Origin: Takakia lepidozioides
Lineage: Eukaryota > Plantae > Bryophyta
Length of the DNA: 64,000 nt
NCBI GenBank assembly: GCA_030704615.1
Contig: CM060733.1
Location: 48,174,001-48,238,000, forward strand
Reading direction: 5' to 3'
Position numbers and translations under genes: made by a program. The first letter of the stretch is position 1. Each line of letters starts with the position of its first letter. Below, piece after piece: positions 48,234-60,660 of this stretch. The notes under the pieces are model-generated. The model saw nothing but the letters and a program-made list of their open reading frames with translations, was not told where the DNA came from and ran no database searches.

Positions 48234-48493
48234 GACACAAGGGTTTACCCACATCGGCACTAGACTGAAAATTAAGCTCAGGGCGGGAAACCTACCTCTG
48301 AACAGCAAACAGATGCAGAGAGGAAAGGGATAAATTGGAGTGTATGTTGTTTCTTTATTGTGCGGCATAGAGTGATCATAGATGTGGGCATGTTGCTTGA
48401 CAGATAGCTTGGATGGAGTGTACAGTAAGAACCCGCTTGGAGACCGGAGACCATTGGGTATTGTACGCGACTGTGGATTCCGGAAAACTCCAG
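39302..48493 (+). CDS. FLVA: Chloroplast flavodiiron protein A (Flv1-type; metallo-beta-lactamase-like + flavodoxin + flavin reductase); exons include 40162-40278, 40514-40594, 40877-41102, 41580-41711, 42007-42109, 43701-43806, 44210-44296, 44483-44662, 44928-45025, 45549-45696, 46001-46162, 46289-46420, 46649-46771, 47039-47227, 48404-48493; start uncertain, final exon not found
   Basis: RLKFEVEYGLKRGTTDNSYLI, LILGHISPKR, TPTPRWPD, LFTNKLFSAH, CPLHGP, IYASAYGNT, IGSPTLAGHMPTPIQ, GVFGSFGWSGEAVD, AMLASWVSQASF.PPGLTVAVAKDRAIE, GDHW. The non-canonical Fe ligands indicate the FLVA/Flv1 class. There is a GC donor at 46163. Confidence 0.92.
42258..43140 (+). mobile_element. Stack of 5'-truncated RTE-X-like LINE copies in an FLVA intron
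   Basis: Begins right after a (TC)n tract with the ORF2 zinc finger KCPLCGQ...FLIHCPGYSHQRDALF, followed by several 3'-tail units. A 16-bp TSD TCTCTAAACTAAAATT lies at 42714-42729 and 42865-42880. Confidence 0.8.
47270..47930 (-). mobile_element. Stack of four RTE-X-like LINE 3' fragments in an FLVA intron
   Basis: Tail units (AATGTACTCATAAG...GTAGCCTTGTGGCCATTGACCCC on +) are separated by (GA)n. A 16-bp TSD CAGGGTTGAGGAGAGA lies at 47471-47486 and 47546-47561. Confidence 0.8.
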
Positions 48494-48949
48494 GTCCTTA
48501 ATTGGCATGCTTGTTGCTTGCATGTTTGACAACTTTGCCATGTACTATCTTTGTATCCTTTTTCGGAGAGTCCATCTTTCCCTTTACTCGTATATTTGAA
48601 GATGGGCTGGTTTGTTATCCTCTGGGGCTGGCGCTCTCCCTCTCTCTCAGAATAATTGTCTCAGATGTTGTCAGTTAAGACGCTTGGCTCCACACTGATC
48701 CCCTCCAAACCATGGTTATTAGCTTTGCGAGCCTAAAGACCATTTTGGGCTAGCAGCTCCGCCAAAGGGGCACGACTAAGCCTCTGTCGTAGCCTCATCT
48801 CCATGGAAGTGTCAACTCAGTAGGTTTGTTGCCTGTCCCGAAGGCACGGCTAGACCAACTCGTGGATCAATCTGGAAACAAAAGATCTCAAGGAAAAGTG
48901 ATAAGGACACTCCATTAGGCAAGACAAGTAGCTTGAGGTGGGAGCAAAG

Positions 48950-50620
48950 GTGGTTTAAGGGCAGAGAAGGTTGCTAACAAGGGTGTGGATTTTTCAAAAA
49001 TGAGTGCAGGATGATCAAACTTTAACAGCTGTCCATCAACGCAAAACCGGGGCTCGTTATTAAGGCCAGCGGAGCTCACCACATTGAGCTCAATACAACA
49101 CAGCGGAGGATTTGGAGAGGAGAAATTACGACGAGTGAAGTGGTCGATGAAGATTTTCTTAACCTTCAAGTGTACATATTTATTACTACTAAAAATGCGC
49201 ATCAACAAAAGCTTCTGTACCTCCAAACCACGGGTTCACATGTGTGTCTTCTGTGCATACCAAAAATTGATACAGAAACAGAGAGCCTCAAGAAAAAATG
49301 TAGGTTGCGCATCAAAACACTCAGTTGGTTGCATTGCTTCACTTTTGCTCATTAAATATGAAGGTATGCAAGCCTGAGATGGTATATATCGAATTTTTTG
49401 TGAGAGAGCCATATACACTACAGAGGAGAAAACACAAGATCAATATGTGATGTCGATGTCTGGCCATAAAAAAAATGCAGCATAGATTGCTAATCAACAT
49501 ATGAAGCAAGATAGTTTTTTTTTTTCGTATTTTTTTGTAGTGTCAAGTTATTTTACCATTGGTGTGAAGTTAGCTAGGAAATAGCTAGTTTTTATATATT
49601 GACATTTGGGATTGATCCAAGTGTCAATCCAGGGATCAATATATGTTTGGGCACCTGGCGTTGTTATCTTCACGGCAGATTGCGGTGGGCTCATCTTTCT
49701 CGAGTTGAGCCTCATCACGTCTAGCTATGGCGCCGTAGTGTGGATTCCCCATGGCGTGAGATGCACTTGGCTCGACTTAATATATGAGTGATGTTTTCAT
49801 GTACAAGTGTGTGAGTTTGAGAGAGCTTGTATGTTTGTATCATTCCTTTCTTTATCACTCGAGAAAGATCAGCTCGAGTCTGTGAGTGCCAGGTTCGAGT
49901 TAGTTGTAGCACTTGTGTTTTCAGATCATGAGAAGCGGTTCAGCCTAGAGTGCAGGGAACCGTGCATGAGCCTATCCAAAGCGGATAGAGTGCAAAGGCG
50001 AACAGGTTGCAAGTTTGCCATGGATAGAGAGACGGGTAGCCTATGTTGAAGAGCGGCGTTGCATAGCTCAACGCTATGGCAACCAAGTTTGGGCTTTTAG
50101 TATGAAGCGGAGGAGATGCTGGTCATGAGTGGGCGAACTGGTGGTCGTCTTCTTCAGCTGCAGGCCGAGTTAAGGAGCTGCTGAAATGTGGGCTGCGCAT
50201 AGGAAGTTAGCATGTTGTAGGTTGGAGATAATATGATCAGCTCCAGGTATCTGCCTGAAACGAGTTGTTGCGGGTAGATGAGGAACAGCCGAATGGCGGA
50301 GCTGCGAGGGGATGCATCGCAGCCTATTAGGAGTTGCAGCTCCAAGCTCATGAAGAGGTATGAATGAAGAGAGGGGGCTGGATCAGTGCACTTGTGAAAC
50401 ATGTGCTGAGTTGGAGTTTCAATCTGAAACTCAGCAGTGTAAGGGCTCTGGGAGTGGCAAGAGCGGGGCTGGAAGGGCAGCAACGAGGCGCCCTAGAGCC
50501 AAGGGAGATGCATGAAAAGTGCAAGTGCACCAAGTTTGTAAAGGTGTGTATTTTCAGATTTGTTTTTGTGAGCTTCATGAAGAAAATGGAGTTTGTTGGG
50601 CACCATATAGCTTGCTTGTT
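48950..50620 (-). mobile_element. Possible highly decayed CACTA (En/Spm) transposase remnant
   Basis: Only scattered, frame-broken fragments (WCPTNSIFF resembling HACPNDCILF; FLEALCFC resembling E.L.FC of the DUF4218 region). No clear termini. Confidence 0.3.
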
Positions 50621-52129
50621 GAATTGGAGGCACTTCTAGTGGGCCGTGAGAGCTCAGGAGTGCAGGGCGACGGGGTTGATGGCTCCGTAGAAGCCATAGC
50701 TCGTCGGCAGCAGGTGCAGGAGCAAACCCCAGCTCGGGAACGCGTGGGAACGCCGAGAACGCCGGGAACGCATGGAACTCGTTGGGAGTTCCAGGGATCG
50801 CAGGGAATAGTGGTCGTGATGGGCTGTTGGGGCGGTATCACGAGATACCACGAGCCCAGGTCGTGATGGTTGACCGTGACCATTGACCGTGACTGTTGGA
50901 AGTCGTGGTGCGGATACAACGGGTGGGCACGGTAACCAGATCGTGGGGATGGCGGGCCGTGAAGGCTCGTGGGAGTGGTACCACGGGATATCATTAGGCA
51001 GCCCGTGGCCAACAAGTGCTTAGGGCGGGCCGTGAGGAGTCGTGGCGGTTGGAGCCACGGAAGGCCGCGAACAGTTAAAGTGAAAAAAATAAAATAAAAA
51101 ATAAAAAATCTTTTTTCACTTGTTTCGTGGGATCTTGATGGGGAGGCTGGGCTCTGAAGAACAACGGTTTTGAGCTAGCTGATCCGGCAGAAAAGTCGGA
51201 ATTGCCTCCCTGTTGCGTTTTAACAAAGGGGATTACTTCCCTGCAGGTAATCTTTTTGGGTTTTCAGCCCAATTCTTAACTATGGGGAAGACCAGCCTGC
51301 AGGTAATTCTTTTGGATAGAATGTTATTGGGGCCTATATGTACCTCTATTTGCTCCATTTTTTAACCTTCAGCGAATGGTGTGGTTTCCTGAGGTGGTTC
51401 CATTCGGAGGAATGGCTGGTGGACGTAAGGAGGCACTGGCGTACCCTGCAAGTGAAAGAAGAGAGGAAAAAAAAAGGTGTTGGGATGAGAGCGTGCTTGG
51501 GATAGGCATTGCTCTAGTTTCCCTTCCTCGTAGCTTTCCACCTTCTCTGTAGGCCGAGACCTTTCTGTAGGTAGAGGCAAGAGTCAGTCCGGATTTGGGC
51601 TGGGTTGCAGGAGCGACACTGTAGAGAGATTTTGGGTGTGGGGGAGTTGTTGTTTTCATTCTTGTGTTTGGATCCCCTCCACACCTGCATGCTTGATTGT
51701 GCGCCATGCTAGTTTTGTGTGGGCGTTTGATTTTATAGATGGTGGACTCGGGCTTTATCGCCGATCCCACCCTAGAGCATGTTGTCGATGGTGAGGCTGG
51801 GTTGATGACCAGTCAGACCATCTTTGTTTCTCCTGTGGTGAGGTTGGAGGTGATGACCAGCCAACCATAGGAGTGCCTGCGGTGGATGCAGATGCAGGTG
51901 CAGGTGCAGGCTATGTTAGGAACCTAGTATTCCAAACCATAAGCCGCATCAGGTTCTCTACCCGGTTATCTTGTGGAGAGGGGGTTAGAGACATGTTCAT
52001 GACCGGTTGAGTGTCAGTTTGTCAACACGGAGGTGCCACTAGTTGCTGGGGAAAGTGCCGATATGAGCACTAGCGATACTAGCGGGTATACGAGACGAAG
52101 TGTGCGGTTTAGGCCACCTTCACCTCATG

Positions 52130-52854
52130 TGTCGCGGCCCTTTGCCTTTAGGGCAGGGGGTCGGGACACATGAGGGGCTGCCCCTGTGGTGGGGGCAGCG
52201 GCAGCGATAGGTATGGGGGGCTGAAGCACCCTTGAGTGCCCAAGGCACTCAGGGAAGCGGAGGCGCTCACTAGGTGGAGCCCCGCACACCGGGTTGCGGT
52301 GGGGGTGGCTCCACAAGGGGTGGTGGTAGCTTAGCGGGACTTAGTGGGGGTGACATAGGACTCACCATGGGGGCGGAGACCTCGTGGTGGGAGTCGTGGG
52401 GAGTCTTGGGACTCATCACGGTCCATAGGGGCCGTGGTGAGTGGGCCAAGACTCACCGCGACTCATCACCGGGAGTCGAGGGTTTTCGTGGTGGTTCGCC
52501 ATAAAATGGCATGGCTGGTTGTGAAACCCCCACGGACAGCTACAGAAGTATATATAGGGAGTAGTAACCCCGAGAACAGTGCAAGCCCGTTGGTGACCAA
52601 AAACTAGTGAGTAAGCGAGCGAGCCGGAAAGCAACCAAAGAGTGGGGAGCTGTTCCGGACTGCCAACTACCAAAGGGAATTCCCGCGGTTCCAAATCGGT
52701 GGAGGGTTCTTTGGGAGAACAAAGGGGGACCGTTATGCCCCGGTGAGCAGCCGAAGCTCCAAGTTGGCCCGGCGGCCGGTTGGGAGTCAGGCGCGCGCAT
52801 CAAAGCGAGTAACTATGACTTGAGGGGGAGCTTACCGAAGTGAGGTGCGCGACA
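52130..52854 (+). repeat. 5' LTR
   Basis: Direct repeat of 58347-59062 with TG...CA termini. Confidence 0.95.
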
Positions 52855-52856
52855 CT

Positions 52857-52868
52857 TGGTATCAGAGC
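52857..52868 (+). other. Primer-binding site complementary to initiator tRNA-Met
   Basis: TGGTATCAGAGC lies 2 nt after the 5' LTR. Confidence 0.92.
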
Positions 52869-55800
52869 TTAGAGTTCAGTACGCGATCGTCCTTGGGATT
52901 GGCCTCATCATGGGGTCGGGCAAGCCGAAGCGAAAGCGGAACGGCCCAAAAGATGATGATCCTGGTGAGCCCGATGGGGGCGACGTGTTACCGAGGCGGC
53001 CGTTTGAGGAAGCGATGCATGTTTCCGAAAACGAGGCCGCTCAAGAGCGGGAGGATCCGAGGAGTCGGAGCCCGAGGAATCCTTGAGAGCTCCGACAAAC
53101 CAAGAGATGCCTCCTATGCCGGCAGCCTTTTGGGAAGGGTTGTTGGCAGCAGTTTGGCGGGACATTGAAAGACGTGTTGAAGGCGGCTAATGCCACTTCC
53201 ACTAAGGCAAAGTTTAAGGTGAAGCCTAAGGAACCCGGCACCTTCGAGGGCGTCCGAAATCGGAAGGCACTCAACACCTGGCTCCTGGAGCTAGAGCAGT
53301 ACTTCCGGGCGGCCAAGTTGAGTGACGAGGATCGGGTGGAAGTGGCTCCCACCTATTTGAGGGGCTATGCTCAACAATGGTGGCAGAAACGCCTTCACGA
53401 CCGAGGTCCAAGCCCGGAAACCTTGAACTGGAGTGGGTTCAAGGAATTGATGAAGAGACAGTTTGTGCCCCTCAACGCGTCCTGGCTTGCCCGGGACAAG
53501 ATGAGGAATTTGAAGCAAACAGATGACATTCGGGGGTATGTCCAGGCTTTCAATGTGCTGTTGCTCGAAGTCGCGGACATGGCAGAACCAGAAATGGTCT
53601 TTAACTTTGTGGCGGGACTCCCCCATGGGCCAGGCGGAAGTTGGAGGAGAAGCCACCCAAGACTTTGAACGAGCAATTGAGAGGGCTGAATGTTTCTCGG
53701 ATGTCCCTAGGGGTGAGAGACAAGGCCGTATGGAGCTGAACCACAAGAAGACCCGGCGGGAAGGTGACTCCTTCCGACCGGAAAAGAAGTGGGATAGGCC
53801 ACGCGGCGACAATGGCACGTGGAAATCGAAGGGAGGGCCTTCACACGTCAAGGCGGCACCCAGTGCTTCGAAAAGAAAAGCGGGTGGAGCGGCTTATGGC
53901 GGACAGAAGGCGACCTTTGATGGAGTGTGTTTCAATTGCGGGGAGCCCGGGCACATGGCCAAGAAGTGCACGAAACCTCGACAATTGAACATGACTCGGG
54001 CAACCACGGAGCTGTCGGAAGATACCATCAGTCACTTGGTGGAAGCGGTGGTCGCCAGAACTTGCAAGGTAGGCAACTATTTTTGTGAGTTGTATCAGGA
54101 AACTGGCGCCCTGCGTAAAGGGAGTCAGTTATTGTTCGTGGATGGGATAATATCCGGAACTAACGTGTCGTTGTTGGTGGACATAGGAGCGTCGCACTCC
54201 TTCATGACGCCGGCGGCGGCGAAAGTTGGGACTCCCGACAAGTGACGTGGGGACCTCTATTGAGGTGCGTTCTGCCAAAGGAGAACCACAGTTGGCGACA
54301 GGTTGGCGTTTGATGTTCCTCTTCAACTGGGGAGTTGGGAGGGACGTGAGAACTTCACCATCTGCGAGATCGATGGAGTGGATCTCATTTTGGGGATGAC
54401 CTTTTTGAGCAAATCCGGAGCGGTCATAGATGGCCGCAAGAGAGTAGTCACGCTGCCATGTGGGAATGGTGGCGAGGTCTTACGAGTGTCGGAAACGCCC
54501 AAATCCGTGGGAGGGCGAATAAACCTTCTGTCAGCAAGGGAGTGGGCCGTGGAGGAGGCACACGAGCCCCAGTTTTTGCTTTACATTAGAGAAGTGAAGG
54601 AGAAAGCGATGGGGAGCCGAGCCCAGATTGGATCAAGGGGATTTTGAAGAATACCAGGATGTGATGCCGGAGGATTTACCAAGCGGCTTGCCACCGCGAA
54701 GAGGAGTTGACCACAAGATTGAGGTGATACCGGGATCGGAACCGCCTGCCAAGGCACCCTACTGGTTGAGCCACAGGGAGTTGGTCGAGCTGAAGACTCA
54801 GCTCAAGGATCTAATGTCAAAGGGGTACATCCGGCCGAGTAAGTCACCTTACGGAGCCCCGGTGCTATTCGCAGACAGGACGCTGCGGATGTGTGTCGAT
54901 TACAGGGCTTTGAATAAGGTGACTATTAAAACCGGTACCCTTTGCCAAGGATCGACGACCTTTCGACCGGTTGGCAGGAGCGAAGTATTTCAGCCGGATC
55001 GACTTACGCTCCGGCTATCATCAAATTCGGGTGGCGGAAGGAGATGAGGAGAAGACCGCGTGCAGGACAAGGTATGGTTCATATGAGTTCTTGGTGATGC
55101 CTTTTGGGCTCACCAATGCACCTGCGACCTTTAGCACGCTGATGAACAGCCTTTTTCAGGAGTGGTTGGATGATTTTGTGATCGTGTACATCGACGACAT
55201 CTTGGTGTACTCGAAAAAAAGAGGAGCACCTGGAGCACCTCAAAAGGGTGTTCCAAAATTGCGGAAAGGAAGCTGTATGCCAAAGCTTCAAAGTGCGAAT
55301 TCGGGGTCACGAAAGTGGAGTTCTTGGGGCATGTGATTACACAGGATGGGATCAAAATAGATGACAGAAAGGTGAGGGCAATTTTGGACTGGGAGCCTCC
55401 GACTTCGGTCCCGGGAGTGCGATCCTTCCTAGGACTCGCCTCCTATTACCGGAAGTATGTGAGAAATTTCGCCAAAATCGCGGTCCGTTGTCAGACCTTC
55501 TGTGTAAATCTAAAAAAGTCTGGGCATGGAACACCTTTGTGGCCAAGCTTTTGCTGAATTGAAGCAGCGGATGGCGGAAGCTCCAGTCTTGAAAATCCCG
55601 GAGTTCGATCGTCCGTTCGAGATTCATACAGATGCGTCGGACTTCGCGATTGGGGGTGTACTGATGCAAGATGGACGTCCAGTGGCTTACGAAAGTAAGA
55701 AACTGAATGAAGTGGAGCGACGGTGGCCGACGCACGAGAAAGAGATGAAGGCGGTGGTGCACTGTCTTGAGCTTGGCGCCACTATGTTGTTCCAATCCAG

Positions 55801-58346
55801 TGAAGGTGTTCACGGACAATGTCACGGTGAAGTATTTTTGCCACGCAGCCCAAGTTGTCCCCAAAACAACTTAGGTGGCAAGATACTTTGGCGGTGTTCG
55901 ACGTGGATATCCAGTACAAACCGGGACGAGACAACGTGGTGGCCGATGCTTTAAGTAGAAAGCAGCAGCTCTGTTGGTGTACAAGGGCGAGACGGCGCTC
56001 CAAAGGAAGATCCGGAAGGCTTGCCGGAAGGATGAGCTGGCAAAGTCCGTGATGCAGGACTTGAGGATGGGGGTTAAATCGCAGTTCCACTTGTAAATGG
56101 ACTGCTCCGGTATAAGCAAAAACGTCTCTACGTGCCGAAGGGAGGGATCAGAGATAGTCTCTTGAGAGAATGCCATGATAGCCCGCTGCGGGCCACGGCG
56201 GAGCCAGCGCACGCGGCACTCTTGAGAAAGAGTATTTCTGGCCGCAAAACTCAGGGAGGTGTCAGAGGAGTATTTCCAGACATGCACGACATGCCAACAA
56301 ACTGGAGCGAGAACAAAAAGCAGCGGGGCTGTTACAGCCCTTGGCCGATTCCAGAGGGGACTTGGGAAAGCGTCTCGATGGATTTCATGACTGCTATGCC
56401 GCTGTCAAAAGGATTCGATGCAATCATGGGTGGTGGATAGGTTCAGTAAAGGGTCATTTCATCCCCACCAAGAGACGGCAACGGCGTAGGAAACAGGGCA
56501 ACTTTACTTTCGCCCACGTCTTAAAGCAGCATGGAGTTCCGAAGGATATTGTCTCAACCGCGATCCAAAGTTTACGAGTAAATTTTGGAGGGCCTGTTGG
56601 AAGAAGATTGGGACGAGGCTGAAGATTAGCACCTGCCTTCCGACCTACGACCGAGGCCAACAGAAAGAGTGAATTCCGTAGTGAAGCAGATCTTGTGGAA
56701 TTAACGTGTCGGCAGACCAAACAGACTGGGTGGAACACGTTAACGCGGCAAGTTCTGTTTAATAACACAGAAACTTCGCCACGTGAGTTCCCCTTTCATC
56801 ATATTGGTCTAATGGAAAAGCACCTCTGGTGCCGACAAGTTGGGCCGCCCAGGATGTTGATGAACTCAGTAACGGCGGTACTGGAAGAACGCGAGCGTTT
56901 TTTGAAGCTCGCAAAGTACAACATGCCAAAGCTAGGAAACGGTATGAAAAGGCAGGCCTAATCGGAAGCGGAGGAAGTGAAGTTTGAGGCAGTAAAGGCA
57001 GGCTTTCTGGTTAACATCAGAATGTCCCGACTACCTCCTGGGAAGGGAGAAGTGAGTCTCGAAGTTCGTATCTCCGTATGCGGGACCTTTTCGCATTCGG
57101 CAATGAGTTATGAAGAGGATGTGTATGAATTGGAGCTGCCGGCAAACAGCAGTGCACCCAGTATTCCATGTCTCCCTTTTGAAGCCTTACTTTCAAAGAT
57201 GAAGCGCGTCCGAATCGGCATCAAGTGTTGCTTTTAGCGGCTCCGCCACCTGCTGTTGGTCATGAAAATGAACCTGAGTACGATGGAGGCAATACTTAGT
57301 CGAGGAGGTTTCAAGAACCGAGAAACGGAGTATCTCGTCAAATGGAACTGCTATCATCATGTGGAGGCATCTTGGGTGCTGCCTCAGAAAGGGAAACGCA
57401 TCTGAGGCAGTTGGAGCTTTCGAAGGGCGACCTCAAAAGCGAAAGAAGCGTTGATTTGGACATCAACCTTAGAGCGTGGGGGAGGACCTCATGCTTAGCC
57501 CGGCTTAGCAGCTTAGGACTCCGATTGCAAAACTTGTATTGTACAAACTTGCTATAAATGAAATGGCTTCCAAATTTGTGCGTCCTATTTTGTTTGGATG
57601 GTGATGCATGGTATGGTTGGCTAGTGTGTAGAATGCATGCTAGCTTATAAAGTGGGAGAGTAAATTGGGTTAATCGTGTGTTGCGTAGTGCTGAAACGGG
57701 CGACCCCCATCCAAGGGGCAAGGAAACTTGCGCCTTCTTTGAAGTTCACGTGCTAGTGCGCACCTGGCGCGTGCGCATACTATACTGCGCTACCAAGGGG
57801 GCTTGTCTTGTAGTGCGTTCTAACTTGGACCTACGTGCTTCCGTTCACGTACTAATAATCGTGTAGCCTCAGGACAAGTCATAGTGCAGCTTCGCGTGTT
57901 CCCCCGTACCTCAGGCCAGCATTCCAAGGCGGACCCATTGTAGTGATTGTGCGGCACAGTTGGTTCAAGGTTATCTTCCTAGTCAAAAAGGGTTCCAGGT
58001 GAACCTTGCTCAAGGTGATGCCAAACGCGGCATCATGAGCGGTCGCAAACAATGTTGTTGTAGTAAGGCGATTCGATCCTCGAGGAGGACCGTTCCTTGG
58101 CCTTGAAGTAGGCCAAGAAGAGTGCACTGGAGGAGCTTGAGAGGCTCCACCCTTGGCCGGACTGGAGGAATCGGCCGAACTAGCTAGTGGAGAGTAGAGT
58201 CAAGTGTGGGTTTGGTTCTGTTCTTTGCCATGGGACGCCATGGTACGGAAACAAACTCCTTGATGGGACACCACAACTTGGATGTTCGTTTCACAAAATG
58301 GACAAGTCGATGAGGACATCGACTCCCCTGTGTTGGTAGGGGTGTG

Positions 58347-59062
58347 TGTCGCGTCGGCCTTTGCCTTGAGGGCAGGGGGTCGGGACACTGCGGGCTGCCC
58401 CTGTGGTGGGGGCAGCGGCAGCGATAGGTATGGGGGGCTGAAGCACCCTTGAGTGCCCAAGGCACTCAGGGAAGCGGAGGCGCTCACTAGGTGGAGCCCC
58501 GCACACCGGTTGCGTGGGGGTGGCTCCACAAGGGGTGGTGGTAGCTTAGCGGGACTTAGTGGGGGTGGCATCAGGACTCACCACATGGGGGGGGAGACCT
58601 CGTGGTGGGAGTCGTGGGAGTCTTGGGACTCATCACGGTCCATAGGGGCCGTGGTGAGTGGGCCCAGACTCACCGCGACTCATCACCGGGAGTCGAGGGT
58701 TTCGTGGTGGTTCGCCATAAATGGCATGGCTTGTTGTGACCCCCCACGGACAGCTACAGAAGTATATATAGGAGTAGTAACCCCGAGAACAGTGCAAGCC
58801 CGTTGGTGACCAAAAACTAGTGAGTAAGCGAGCGAGCCGGAAGCGACCAAAGAGTGGGAGCTGTTCCTGACTGCCAACTACCAAAGGGAATTCCCGCTGG
58901 TTCCCAAATCGGTGGAGGGTTTCTTTGGAAGAACAAAGGGGACTTATGCCCTGGTGAGCAGCCGAATGCTCCAGTTGCCCGGTGGCCGGTTGGGAGTCAT
59001 GCGCGCGCATCAAAGCGAGTACTATGACTTGAGGGGAGCTTACCGAAGTGAGGTGCGCGACA
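58347..59062 (+). repeat. 3' LTR
   Basis: Direct repeat of 52130-52854, followed by the TSD TCATG. Confidence 0.95.
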
Positions 59063-60509
59063 TCATGTGTCTTCTACGGAAGTTCTGATTCGGATTGTGA
59101 ATCAGGAAGACTCAACGCCAGCGGTGCAAGTTGTTTCCTTGCCATTATTGTGGGACACGATGGAGGAGATGTAGGAGCCACTAAAGGGGCCACAAGGTAC
59201 TCTGGGGCGGTGGGCACCATTGAATTGGATGATTTTATCCAAGAGTTTTGATAGTTGGTGTGACTTGCAGCAAATCGCATCCACAACTGTTTACGCCTTT
59301 CATGGCATGAAGGGGCTGTTTTAGAGGCACCCTGAGGGCCGCCCATGGATTATTACCATGAGTTGAGGCGGGGGCACATGTTGAGATCGAGGAGTAGAGG
59401 ATGTACTGGTCAACCGACTCTGTCTCTATCACTTTAAGAGGCACTAGAGGCACAGGGCAGCAGCCATACCAGCAACTGCAACCAGCAGCACAGCTACAAC
59501 ACCTCTCCCACGAGCAGTAATGAGACTAGTGGTACAGCAACTACGAGTCCACCTAAGCTATTGCTGCACCAGCACTAGTGGCGGTGCCTGCCTTCAACCC
59601 TGTTGTGGAGTTTCTTCGAAGAGTGAGAAAAACTACCAAGGGGTAGGACAGAGAAGTTGAGGAGCTTGCAAGAGTTCCAACGAAGCCTACTGAGAGCTTG
59701 AGGGAGGTTTTCACTCGCATGAGGCGCTTGATTAATGTAACCCAAGGGGTCCGGAGGCTTAGGCAGTCCAGTTCTGGTACGGGATATTGGACAAGGAGCT
59801 GAGGAGAAGGGTGCGGGATGCAACTCTCCTACAAGCGGCCCACCTACTTAGCAAATTGTTTTTTTATGGCAGACGGATAGAGCTCAACATGATGGAGGAA
59901 CGAGTGGTCATGGTGGGATTTGCTAAGGAGGCACCACGGGTAGTGGTGGCTCTTAGCCAGCACTACCTCAACGTGCTCAAGGCAGCAAGGGGGCTCAGGT
60001 GAGCCCCCAGGGAAGGGCAGAGAGGACCTCAGATGCAGGGGTCTCTCCCTTCATTTGCTGACCAACAACAGCGGATGTGTATGCTGGACATGTGGAGGAC
60101 CCCATGTCAAGAAAGATCTCCCAGAGGGAGGCAATGTTTGGCACCGGCACAGCCTGCTAGGTGCAATGTGGGCATTGTGGCAGGTACGGGCATGGAAGGC
60201 CTAGTGCTATTTTGGCACCCTGAGTTGCGCCTCAGGCCAGTTCCAAGTGAACAATGGTGGCCGGGGGCGAGGTGGAGCAGCCCAAGAGGACGAGGTGGCC
60301 AGGCACGAGGTGCAGGCCCACGGCAAGCTCAACATGGCCAAGGACGCGGAGGTCAGGGTGGTGACCAAGGCATGGCCAACCGGCTTACAGCTGAGCAGAG
60401 GCTCGCTCCATGGCCACAGCTCATGTGGTACCGGCTCCAAGGCCGGATGGTCCACCTCCTGCTCCTGAGGGAGGAGACATGGGAGTCATGGGATTCATGT
60501 GCGGGGTAG

Positions 60510-60660
60510 CACTGCCACTACCCTACCACTATGGGTGGGCCACCACTACCACTAGTAAGGGGTGCCACTACCACTACCACTGTGGGTGGGGCACCACTAA
60601 CCACTAGTGTCGGGCAACCTACCACTACCACTATGTGCGGGGCAACCTACCACTAGTGCA
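60510..60660. repeat. Degenerate CCACTA-rich short tandem repeats inside the outer gypsy element
   Basis: Repeated CCACTACCACTA/CCACTAGTG units. Confidence 0.6.

Larger units (their letters stand above)
52130..59062 (+). mobile_element. Full-length Ty3/gypsy chromovirus LTR retrotransposon (~6.9 kb)
   Basis: LTRs 52130-52854 and 58347-59062 (TGTCGCG...CGCGACA), TSD TCATG (52125-52129 / 59063-59067), PBS, PPT at ~58333-58346. Coding motifs: gag, CCHC CFNCGEPGHMAKKC, protease [21 protein letters not shown], RNase H TDASDFAIGGVL, integrase WESVSMDF, chromodomain EYLVKW..Y...EASW (57328-57377). There are many frameshifts. Confidence 0.95.

Noticed and set aside
39302-48493. FLV as recent bacterial HGT or contamination
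   Set aside because: It has many spliceosomal introns, and FLVs are native plastid-targeted genes of non-angiosperm plants.
51739-51752. TGGTGGACTCGG as the PBS of the outer gypsy element
   Set aside because: The position is plausible, but no partner LTR lies in the window and I cannot assign a tRNA.
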